Positions 1-12,069 of a stretch of 64,000 nt of DNA are shown here, one piece after another. Position numbers and translations under genes: made by a program. This DNA comes from Octopus sinensis. Its lineage: Eukaryota. How positions within the stretch are numbered: position 1 is the first letter of the stretch; every line of letters begins with the position of its first letter. Under the pieces are notes generated by a model. It was not told the DNA's origin, made no database searches, and saw nothing but the letters and a program-made list of their open reading frames with translations. The DNA is taken from assembly GCF_006345805.1 (NCBI RefSeq), contig NC_042997.1, positions 93,930,001 through 93,994,000 on the forward strand, in the 5' to 3' direction.

Positions 1-321
1 TAGGTGGCATACGAGTGGGAATATATTTATAAAAAAGAAGTTTGAAAACGACACTATATAAGATAAATTTTAATTTTCTGAGAGATTTTACGTTTCGGCT
101 ATTCTTGAAAAAACGAACCTTATCAAAAATATCTTTCAAAGTGAAGTGTAAAAAAAAGTTCATAATTGTTTCTTACTAGTCTCAACAGAGACCACGTGGT
201 GGTGTTTTGTGGTGGTGGTGGGGATATCTTAATGGCAGTCTTGTGCATTGACTAGAATCGTTGGCTGTAACAGGGAAAATGATCGTTGGTCGTAATAGCA
301 GTACTACTGCTATTACGGCCA

Positions 322-393
322 CGGTCACATATATACATATATATACATATGATATATATATAGATAATATATATATATATATAGATATATATA

Positions 394-424
<31 letters not shown>

Positions 425-492
425 ATAATATAGTATACAATATATATAAACATACATATATATATATATATACATATATACATATATATATA

Positions 493-523
<31 letters not shown>

Positions 524-808
524 CAATATATATACATATATAGATACATATATACATATACATATATATATATATATACATATAATATATATATACTCAT
601 ATATATACATATATATACACATACATATATATACATACATATAATATATATACATATATACATACATAGATATATACATATACATACATATATATATATA
701 GACATATATATATATATACATTAATATAAAAAGATGTATATCTATATATATACGTATATATATACATATATATATATATATTTGCATATATATACATATG
801 TATATACG

Positions 809-844
<36 letters not shown>

Positions 845-905
845 CATATACATACATATATATATATATATATACATACATATTGATATACATATATATA
901 TATAT
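322..905. repeat. Degenerate (TA)n/(TACA)n microsatellite tract
   Basis: Continuous alternating TA with interspersed C/G. It explains the YI-rich pseudo-ORFs at 252-980. Confidence 0.97.
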
Positions 906-1346
906 ATGTACATCTATTTATCTAATATATACATATATGTTTATATACACACATACACACCTATGCATATATGCATATAACTACCTACCGACTTACATAC
1001 ATACGTATGTAGCGGTGAGTAAAATTTTAATTTCCTGGTACGAACGATTTAACTTTCAAGTCTGTCTGGACTTTCAACACGGACGTAATCATAACTCAGG
1101 AAACTACTATTTCTACATAAAGAAGCATACATAATATCTCTGGTGCAATAACACTTTGAACATAAAACATGAAACACATTTAAATCCACCCTCAACACAC
1201 AATACACACACGTTCTGACACATGCGCTCATACATGCGTATTATCATACCACGTACATATATATCTTTTTAAATGTTATATACTAGAGACTAAAGGCATA
1301 GACTGGAGTGTATGCACACTCACACACAAAAGTATCGCATACATTA

Positions 1347-1560
1347 ATATGATTATGCTGAAATATTCGCCCTCACTAACTAACTGATGAACTCTTTTCA
1401 CTGGAATTTGTTCCGGTTGTTTACGTTCTCTGTTCAAATTCTTCTTTTGGAAACGATAAAATACAATACCAATCAAGGACCGATATAATCCATTGAACAC
1501 ACTTATCCAAACCTTAGAAACGGTTACTAAATTATTGTTCGGATTCTGTCAATAACCCCA
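1347..1560 (+). repeat. Local duplication, copy 1 (partner at 3057-3270)
   Basis: atatgattatgctgaaatattcgc...aataacccca is repeated at offset 1710. I count about 14 substitutions in 214 bp and no indels. Confidence 0.93.
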
Positions 1561-2654
1561 CCTCTCTCTTTGTTTCAGGCACACATAACCATACCTATTT
1601 TCATATAAATACATATATGCTTGACTGCATTCACAAGAACACTTAACAAGAAACGTAGCTGCTGTTTCTAACAGATTAGAGCACCATTTTTCAATCTTTT
1701 TTCGATCTACAGTGCACTGAATAGAGTGCTAAATGTGTTACAGAAAAGCACTATCAGTTTTATAAAAATTTTATCATCAAAAGGGAATATTTAAATCGAA
1801 GATGGGCGTATACGTTGTACTTTTTTGGCAACAATTCTACATAAAGCTGGTTCATTGCATTAAAAACATTACTCACGTTTCCTAAATTTCCTGGACTATT
1901 CCGACACGCTTCAAAAAATTCATGGCACACAAGAAGTCAATACTTAGAATAGTTGTTGAAAACGTCTGGTGCAGAGGTTTTTTTTTTATCCCGAATAAAT
2001 TGTTACTTAGCTCCCGGTCAGCTCTGACTGAACAGCTATGTTTGCTCAGTGAACCTCGTTTACATTTGCATAGTATTTTAGAGTCAAATTATCCATGTAT
2101 CCTTCCAGTTTTAAGACGGTTGAGGGAAATTTGAATGCAAGTCAAGCTAATGGTTTCCCCGTTGGGCCGTTTCATTTATAAGTTTGTTTCTTCGGTACAA
2201 AGTAACATTTTGTTGGCTTGTGTATTGCTGAGTGAATCTAGTGAAACAAAGGAAACGTGTCATGGTATTTCTGCCAATCGGTTCAATGGACGGCCCGCGG
2301 TGATTTAACAAACCAGCGCTTCGTGCCTGTAATTGAATATTCGTGAGAAAATAGAAAAATGATTTGTTGTTGACTTCCTTTGGGTATCTTCTTTTTACAA
2401 GCTATTGTAAATGATTGGATACTTAGTATGTAAAATGCCGGAGTATATGTAGCTAAGTATTTTATCCAACGGTCTAATAATTCCACGAACCCATCGTCCT
2501 AGATTGGTAGAATGTTTTATCGATACCAGAACAAGGTAAGGAGGATACTGACCTCGATGAGATTTGAACTCAGACAGTAAGAATTTAGAACATATACCAC
2601 AGAACATTTTCTTCAGATACTACTGATTCGTCAACTAGTAATATTGATTTATAA

Positions 2655-2835
2655 TTTTGGCACAAGGCCAGCAATTCCGGGGATGGGTAAGTTGACTGGT
2701 ACTTATTCTATCGGCTCTGAGAGGATGAAAGGCAAAGTCGACCCCGACGGAATCTGATTCCAGAACTTAAAGACGGACGAAATACCTCTACACATTTCAC
2801 CCTTCGTGCTAACGATTCTGCCAGCTCGCCGCCTT
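2655..2835 (-). mobile_element. tRNA-derived Meta-type SINE, tail class A, decayed
   Basis: Reverse complement reads aaggcggcgagctggcagaatcgttagcacg...gactttgcctttcatcctctcag...ggccttgtgccaaaa. Confidence 0.85.
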
Positions 2836-3056
2836 CGGCAACAATTGATTTTGACAATTAAGACAGTAGAATAAATTTAATGCCATGGAAAAGAAAAGAA
2901 ATCGAATGTTTCAGGTAGAACCCTTCATCGGTGACACACACACACACCTTAAGAGGAATGGAAATTTTTTATTTACAAGTAGTAAATAGATTGAGGAAAG
3001 TGTATATATTCCAGCCATTGTTGTTGGTATCTATACTATGCCCTATAAGATATAAG

Positions 3057-3270
3057 ATATGATTATGCTGAAATATTCGCTCTCACTTATTAACTGATGA
3101 ACTCTTTTCACTGGAATTTGTTCCAATTGTTTACGTTCTCTGTTCAAATTCTCCTTTTGGAAACGATAAAATAAAGTACCAATCAAGGACTGATATAATC
3201 CATTGAACACACTTATCCAAACGTTAGAAACGATTATTAAATTATTATTCGGATTCTGTTAATAACCCCA
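3057..3270 (+). repeat. Local duplication, copy 2 (partner at 1347-1560)
   Basis: Direct alignment with 1347-1560. Weaker similarity continues to about 3310. Confidence 0.93.
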
Positions 3271-4471
3271 CTCTCTCTCTTTTTCATGCACACGTAACCT
3301 TACATATTTTGAATCTCGAGTGAATTTCGGACTCAAGATACACAAGGAAGAATTTTAATTCCATGAAGTTTTAGAGTGAGACACTGCTGTTTCAGCCATA
3401 TTGTAACCTAAAAGTATATTGGCTCTGTTTGATTGCAGTTAACAATGATAAAACAAATCGATGATTAAAGCGTTCCAAACATGACTATATCATAGTTTAT
3501 TCAACTAATGTTTCTAAGACAACTGTGTGTCCTTCACTTAAAAAAATGGTAGTGTAACATTTGAGGGAAATAGAGCTTCCCTGGTTAGCTTGTAAGTCCG
3601 CAGAGTGGTTTGTTTACAACAAGATGCAATGGAGAAGTATGTGACAGCCATACCTCTCCCAAATATATTATTAGTATCACGGAGTGGCTGCAACTGCAAA
3701 TAAAACTGACTCAGGTTAAAAAATTACATCTTGCTCTCTGTCAGTCACCATTGTATAGAAAAATCATTGATTTGAAGAAGAAAAAGTAATTAAAAATATT
3801 TGCATATGAGTTCGATTTTTTCTCGTCTTAATAGCCAAATCGTAATTCTTCTAGTCAAACACTGACTTCATTGGCATGTTGCTCATTATTTTTTATTTTA
3901 TGAGACAGGAAGTTTATTAGAAACTAGACGGAAAACAATAAAATTTGCTGATACTTTATCATATAATGTATTTAAAACCAAGTGACTGAAATAGTTTTGT
4001 TTGTAGATATTTTCTTGTTACGTTTCATTATAAATTTAACATCACGTAAGAGCTAGGATACAGTATTTACAAGAAGGCACAAGCAAAAAATTCCTTCGCT
4101 TCAAACTTTAGGAGCATTAAAACTGGTTAACATTACTGTCTTTTGTATGTGAAGTAATGAATATTTTGAGCTGAAACTTTGTCATCCACAGTGACGGCTG
4201 TTTGGATATGGGTGTCTTTATAAAAAAGACGATTGGATATTCGGCTAATTATAGAAAGATATTCAGCGGTCTAGACTTGATGTTGGAGAGCAGTTGTCAG
4301 TTTTATAAAGCAGTGTAATCACTCCGTCTGGGCTCAATGGCACAAGGTAAAACGCAAAACTTATACTAAATCGATTCCAATCACTGTTCATAATCCCATT
4401 TGATGCGATTTCACTTCTATTTTTAGCTTTAAAAAATATAATCAATGAATATTAATATTTTAAAAGTTGCT

Positions 4472-4686
4472 AAGGCGGCGAGCTTGCAGAATCGTTGGCA
4501 CGCCAGGCGAAATGCTTAGCAGCATTTCGTTCGTCTTAACGTTGTGAGTTCAAATTCCGTCGCGGTGAACTTTCCTTTTCATCCATTAGAGGTCGATAAA
4601 ATAAGTAACAGTTGAGCATTTGGGTCGAAGAAATTGACTTCCCCTTCCTCCGAACTTGCTGGCCTTGTGCCAAAATTTGAAACCAA
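4472..4686 (+). mobile_element. tRNA-derived Meta-type SINE, tail class A
   Basis: Head aaggcggcgagcttgcagaatcg, B-box-like gagttcaaattcc, central ttttcatccattagaggtcgataaaataagta, tail gctggccttgtgccaaaatttgaaacc. Confidence 0.88.
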
Positions 4687-6357
4687 TATTTTAAAAGCTG
4701 GTAAAGCTGATCGAAACATCCAACAGCCAGTTTAAATTCAACGTTCTGTTAATGTATTAATTTTAGTAAAACATTAAATTATCGTATTTATATTATTTTA
4801 CGATTTCTCCATGTTCAGATGCCGATGTTTTTCCTTTACACTTTTGTGCCACATTACACTGTGCTCTGACTTAAGGCATGATTTCCCAATTTGTAGATTA
4901 AGGCTTGCAGCTAGTAAAAAGAGCTCTGTAGAGAGAAACGATTGTTTTCCAGTTAAAACCATTGAATTTAACTTCCAAAGTAAATGCTTTTCTAAAAAAG
5001 TGAGTATCTCATATCAACCCACGCTGCATAATGAAAATTAGGGTCTTTTAGCCTGTTTGTTAGAAACCAATGTGAAAGCTGAAAGCTGAGCTCAATAATT
5101 AAATTATTAAAAACATGCTACATAATATAATTCATTAATAACAAACCAATTTTCGACTAAACTAGCTTGTGGTTTGAAAGCTTTTTTGCGGTCTAAAACT
5201 ACTTAAACACAATTTTCTCATTACTGATAGCAATACAAACTATATTTATGCTTTCTATTAATAGAAATAGCCCAAACGAGAAAGAACTGCCATGATTAAG
5301 GACATAGTACAGTGCTGTCGATATTGGTACGAAGTCTCAACTATAGGATGATATCGTGTCTATCCTGCGAGTCCTGGTATAACTCTGAATGGACCGTGAA
5401 AATAAAAAAAAGCTTTTATTTTTGAATTATTCATAATCGTTTTATATTTAATGCAAATATCTTATATAAGCAATAAGTATAACAGTTACATTTACAAATA
5501 AAATCTGAAGAATATTTCCCAAAACATGAGGTGTTATGTGCACTTTATTGGAACGTATTTCACAAAAGAACTACCGATGTTATTTATGTATCCAAATAGA
5601 TCGAGATGGTAAAAGGTTGGTAAACATTGCTGTAGGACACTTTATCAAGTTGGCAAACTGATATATTTTGAATGGATTTATCGAAAATAAAATTTTCTTA
5701 TTTTCTGTTTCAGCAACAAATAGAAACGATTGTTTAACCATTTTTGATTAAGTGTGATAGAGTAAAAGAATGGAATGTGGGATATGAACCGTAAAATTCG
5801 AATAAGAGGAAAATAGAGAAAATATCTTTATTCAACACAGAATCAGTTTGTTCGGAGATTGACACTTAGGCTATAGCTCTTGCCAATCCCTGAAATATAT
5901 TAACTTATCGTATTTTCGTCCAAATTGTAATTTTATGGTAGTCTAACTTAGATATATTTAATAGTCACTGCAGATCGTTTAACGGAATATATCATCACAA
6001 ATTCGTTACTGGGGAAATATTTGAATGAATGTGAGATGAAATGGAAAGCTGGAAAACACAAATAAACAAGAAAACAACAACAACAAAAGATACAAAGCAA
6101 TGTCCATGATATCATTCTCTTTTAGCAGTTAGAAGTGTAGAAGAATGGATTATTTTCCTGTTTGTGATAGCATGATAGGATAAACCATATTTAAGAAATC
6201 TAATTTGCGATGAAAATACAAAATAGAGATAAGATCAACGGCACAGCTTCATCAGGAATAATGGAGTCTTTATCGAGCTGTTCGTTCGAAGAGTTGTATA
6301 TTCAAAAGTTTACTCGCTACTTTCAACTAGTATTATATTATATATATATATATATAT

Positions 6358-6401
<44 letters not shown>

Positions 6402-6499
6402 TAAAATTTACAATGATTACAATTTACGGTATGTAAATTCTAATCCTTGTAAGGGAAAGTAAACAAATGTGACCACATTTATGTATTTATATCCCATTG

Positions 6500-6535
<36 letters not shown>

Positions 6536-6700
6536 GTTTAATCATATCAAAAGGGAAATGGAATTTAATTAAATTTAAAATATTCAATCAAAATTTACAT
6601 TTCCAGTGGTCTAACGTGCAAAATAATTAGTCAAGAAGACTATATATTAGTTATACGATATAGTGTATATTTATACACATAAGGAATCCACACTTAGGGT

Positions 6701-7924
6701 GAGATTCAACACATTAGATAACCACAAAAATAATAGATAAAATTCGACAGGAATAAATTTGGAAATGAAAAACATTTACCATTTAATACCCCGGACCAAA
6801 TTGGTTTCTGATCTTCTTTTAGCAAGTCAGGGGAACTTGAAAAGTTACTTCGTATAAACATTAGACAGGTAGCAGTCCTTGTCTTCTGTCTTATATGTTT
6901 TAACCCCAGGTTGGACCTCGCCGAAGAAGATCAGACCTTGCAAGTTCCCCCGACTTGCTAAAAGAAGATCAGAAACCAATTTGGTCCGGGGTATTAAATG
7001 GTAAATGTTTTTCATTTCCAAATTTATTCCTGTCGAATTTTATCTATTATTTTTGTGGTTATCTAATGTGTTGAATCTCTGATTAATCAACCTGATTAAA
7101 TTAAATCAAGCTAATCTTCCATAGGCCAGTAGATTCATCAGTAAAGTCAGCCAGATCGGGGCAGATATTTCCACGAGGCAGTTCCACCACTGCCTCGGCA
7201 ATATCTGACCTAAAATTTTCAAATCATCGTACTCGCGCCAAATTTATCAGGTTGATTTACCATTAAAGAATAGACGAAACGATGCATCGTATAAAGTATT
7301 ACAGGGTAAATGTTTTTAAATTTTCTCCTGGTTTACGGAATTAATATTGTTTTGCGGTTGAAGCCTTGGCTGTTATTTCTAGTGGGTTGAATGGCCTATT
7401 ATGGCCGTTCCTTAATTTTGCTGTTGAATTTATAAATGGTCTATGACTATTTACTTTTTTTTCCCACTGGGCCGCTGGTGGCAAAAAATTCTGCGAAATT
7501 TTTTGCCACCCTATATTGATTAATTATGAATTTTCTGTTTAATTCCGTAATGGAATCGGCAGCTTATTTTTGCTGCCGATAAATTTGGCGCGAGTACGAT
7601 GATTTGAAAATTTTAGGTCAGATATTGCCGAGACAGTAGTGGAACTGCCTCGTGGAAATATCTGCCCCGATCTGGCTGACTTTACTGATGAATCTACTGG
7701 CCTATGGAAGATTAGCTTGATTTAATTCCGTAAACCAGGAATTTAATCAGGTTGATTTACCATTAAAGAATAGACGAAACGATGCATCGTATAAAGTATT
7801 ACAGGGTAAATGTTTTTAAATTTTCTCCTGGTTTACGGAATTAATATTGTTTTGCGGTTGAAGCCTTGGCTGTTATTTCTAGTGGGTTGAATGGCCTATT
7901 ATGGCCGTTCCTTAATTTTGCTGT

Positions 7925-7926
<2 letters not shown>
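6701..7926. repeat. Complex nested inverted/direct repeat block
   Basis: Inverted repeat 6701-6839/6941-7079 (139 bp, 1 mismatch). Inverted repeat 7099-7248/7578-7727 (150 bp, 2 mismatches). Identical direct repeat 7246-7426/7746-7926 (181 bp). Several small hairpins. Confidence 0.95.
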
Positions 7927-7963
<37 letters not shown>

Positions 7964-8984
7964 GTGCGTGTGTATGAATAGATAGAGAGACAGAGAAGGA
8001 GAGAGAGAAATAGATATGTGAACATGACGATAATAATTACCATTTTGTCATTTGTAAAACAATTGCAAGTCTTTCAAATCTGAAGTACTTTCTGAATTAA
8101 TCTAAGATGCAATGATACAGTGAGCAGATGTCAGGCTATTTGAAAATTGTTAGATTCGAAATTGTTTAGAATATATGATAGTTTAAGTCGAGTTTAGCGT
8201 GAATGGTTTAGTGATATTGCAGCTGTGGTTGTTGTTGTTGTTGTTGATGTTACCGTTACTGCCGATGATGTCGCCATTGTTGTTGCTTTCGTTCGTGTTT
8301 TAATTGCAATGTTACTATCTTCGTGTGACTTCAAAATTGTCAATTGTAAAAGCCATTCGCAATGACTTTAACATCTCCTTGCAATGCATTAGTTTTAACA
8401 CAAAGTGGGTGCCTAGTATTGTTACAATTTTTGTTTTCTTCATGCTGTTTTTCGTTAAAACTTGATATTACGATAATGAAAGTCCATGCAGGCAGACGGC
8501 TGTTGTAGCATTAAGTCAATTACATAATAGAAGTACTGTTTTAGATGAAAATAATTCAATTTCCACTTAAATTAACTTCGGTATTATGAATCAATAACAA
8601 AAAACATATATATAATAAAAAGAAAAACACGCACAAAAATTATGAAACGATTCCACAGGATTGAAGCTTACGTTCAGACAGTTAAAAGTAGCGTCTATTA
8701 CGTCAGACAGTCGTATATGATAACATTGCAGTAAAATCATGACTGTTGTTGCTTCTAGTGGCACCTGACAGAATAACTACACATTTTACTTCTACAGGTA
8801 GATGTAGGATTCGATCAGGTTTGACTAGGTGCTGAACAACAACAAATACAACAACGATAACAACAACAACAATGGCAGTAGTGGCAACAGTATCAATGTA
8901 CGAACTTGAGTGTTTCTACCTGATTGAACGACCGGCTAGAAATAGCGGTCAAATCATTCACCAATCACACTCGCATTAGAGTCT

Positions 8985-9090
8985 TTTCTATTCTAGGCAC
9001 AAGGCCCTAAATTTTGGGGGGGGGGCAGTCGATTAGATCGACCCTAGTATGCAACTGGTACTTAATTTATCGACCCCGAAAGGATGAAAC
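8985..9090 (-). mobile_element. Meta-type SINE 3' fragment, tail class A
   Basis: tctattctaggcacaaggcc...ctggtacttaatttatcgaccccgaaaggatgaaa. Confidence 0.8.
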
Positions 9091-9940
9091 GCAGCCTTAG
9101 ATAACACCTTCAACCTCTAAAAAAGAAACAATAACAAAAATAGGATGATCAGAACTGGGGCACCTTTGGTGATATTTCTGCTCTATCAGGGATGTCTGGG
9201 CTTTAACACCAACCAGCCAACAAACCAACCAACAGCAACTAATACTCTATGAAAGCAATAAATCTACTTGTTTATGTGGAACATCGGAATATTGAAATAA
9301 TGTGTAGACTGCATGGCAAATAAAAGGTTTCCTAAACAGACGTAAGGATATACAGATATATGAGAGGAAGGAATCGAGGTAAAAAATGGTTGAATCCCTT
9401 CCAATAAATCGCTGCCCCATATTTCATCGATTCCAAATAAATGGAAGAGAGAAAATCAATGTCACGGTTGTGTTGTTTAGCCTTAGGTAATTGAGTAAAT
9501 CAATCATTTACTACTTAGTTCGCATAATAATTAATACCTGGTAGAGTTATTAGCTATAATTAATGTGTGTGTATATATAGTTAAGGTGACTAGCTAGCAG
9601 AATCGTTAGCACGCCGGATAAAATGCTTAGCGGCATTTTGTCCTTCTTTCTGCTCTCAGTTCAAATTCAATTGTGGTTGATTTTGTCAAACCATTAGGTC
9701 ATGCACCCCCAAACATACACGTCTACACACAACACACAATTCATTTTTGGAATTGAATATCGAAGCGCATATTTCATTTTTTGTCTTTTAGGCCTTTTCT
9801 GGTGTTAGCATATGGACTGAGGTCATACTCAACCACCATTTCCATTTCAGTCATGTCAACTCTAGTTTTTATTTTTAAGCCTGGCACTTATTTTTTTCCT
9901 CTCGCTTCTCTGTCTGTCTGTCTGTTTGTCTGTCTGCTGT

Positions 9941-10020
<80 letters not shown>

Positions 10021-10247
10021 ATTTCTTTATTGCCCACAAGGGGCTAAACATAGAGGGGACAAACAAGGACAGGCAAAGGGATTAAGTCGATTATATCGAC
10101 CCCAGTGCGTAACTGGTACTTATTTAATCGACCCCGAAAGGATGAAAGGCAAAGACAACCTCGGCGGAATTTGAACTCAGGACGTAACGGTAGACGAAAT
10201 ACTGCTAAGCATTTCGCCCTGCGTGCTAACGATTCTGCCAGCTCGCC
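10021..10247 (-). mobile_element. Meta-type SINE, tail class B (Tx1-like tail), inserted in (TATC)n
   Basis: Near full-length and colinear with the copies at 42912, 50081 and 50787. Flanked on both sides by (ATCT)n. Confidence 0.93.
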
Positions 10248-10383
<136 letters not shown>

Positions 10384-10636
10384 GTGTGCGTGTGAGCATG
10401 TGTACACATGCATGCACATGTGTATATTATATTCAGGCTATGTCTAATGCTGTTAAGTTTTTGGTTCTTAGTCTGTTTAATAAGGGCTGAACTGCGGCCA
10501 ACCAGTGACAATAGCGAATAATTTCACACATCAGTATACAAATAAACATTGCAAGTTTGAAATATGTAAATATTCTTGTAAACTTACGTAAGTCATCAGT
10601 CACTTTCAAGTACGTAAAAATGGAACCCCCTTCAAG

Positions 10637-10690
<54 letters not shown>

Positions 10691-11405
10691 GTGTATGTGT
10701 GTGTGTGTGGTGTGTGTGTGTGTGTGTGTGTGTGTGTCAACTGTACACCGGAGAAATGATGAAACTTGAATACTTGAACGTTTTCGTATGTGTACTGTAA
10801 CACGTATATGTATATATTCGTTAGCTGATATTGAAAAATCATGAACAAAATAATAAAGTTAAAAATACAGATGAACAAATTCAACATCAGAAATACCAAA
10901 TCATATAAATATAAAATTCATCATAAAATATAGACAGCCATGTGATATTTAATAAATTTATTTGCGAGTATTTTTGATTCGCAGTTTGTGCAATATAAAA
11001 TTTTACGACGGTGGCACTGAGAACATTATGTCTGTGTAATCCAGCACAAAAAATATCAAATATAATTCGAAGAGCATCGTTTTTTTATTTGTTTTTTGAT
11101 CTGTAATTTCGTTGAAGTTTACATACTTTGTCAAGATAAATCGCTGAAAGACACATATTGATGCACACATATATATATACAGACATACACACATATCGAT
11201 ATAAGTACACACGCAGACACACATATCGACATAGGTACACACACACACACACACATATCGACATAGGTACACACGCACACACACGCATACTCAAGTAGGA
11301 AGCGAGAGAAAGTAGAAAGCGGGAAAGTATGTAGAGTTGGTAAAAGAAACGAAAGGAAATGAATAGAGAGCCATAACTTGGCCGGTATGTTTTTCACTCT
11401 TTTGG

Positions 11406-11415
11406 ATGTCTGTGC

Positions 11416-11494
<79 letters not shown>

Positions 11495-11527
11495 CATCCA
11501 TCCATCCATCCATCCATCCATCCATCC

Positions 11528-11581
<54 letters not shown>

Positions 11582-11719
11582 TCATCCATCCATCCATCCA
11601 TACATCCATTCGTATGTCCGTCCGTCCGTCCGAACGCCCGCCCGCCCGTCCGCCTGCCTGCTTGCCTGCCTGCCTGCCTGCTTGCCTGCCTGCCTGCCTG
11701 CCTGTCTATCTATCCATCC

Positions 11720-11797
<78 letters not shown>

Positions 11798-11844
11798 ATC
11801 TATCTATCTATCTATCTATCTCTATCTCTCTCTATCTCTCTCTA

Positions 11845-11886
<42 letters not shown>

Positions 11887-11932
11887 GGGTCCATCTGTCT
11901 GTCTGTCTGTCTGTCCGTCCGTCCGTCCGCCT

Positions 11933-11966
<34 letters not shown>

Positions 11967-11976
11967 CTGTCTGTCT
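11406..11976. repeat. Compound tetranucleotide microsatellite (ATCT/ATCC/GTCC/GCCC/GCCT/GTCT)
   Basis: Read directly. Source of the IYLS/VCLS pseudo-ORFs. Confidence 0.97.
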
Positions 11977-12069
11977 AGATTTCATATATATATGTGTGTG
12001 TGTGAAAGATGCTTAAATATCTGGTAGAGTAGGATATGGTCTAGTCACCTGTATAGTTAAGTTATTCGG

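Noticed and set aside
252-1134. Long ORFs rich in YI/IYLS/HT/VC/LS here and throughout the window
   Set aside because: They are translations of (TA)n, (TATC)n, (CA)n and (GA)n microsatellites that happen to lack stops.
1276-1500. Minus-strand ORF open in both copies of the 214-bp duplication, suggesting duplicated exons
   Set aside because: The differences I translated change amino acids (R/Q, I/T, V/L, K/E, P/L, V/I, G/S), so there is no sign of purifying selection.
4266-4346. AG...GT-bounded segment resembling an exon
   Set aside because: All three frames contain stops from the best acceptor.
7685-7720. CTGATGA followed by a short stem, as a possible hammerhead in the rearranged block
   Set aside because: No GAAA follows the stem.
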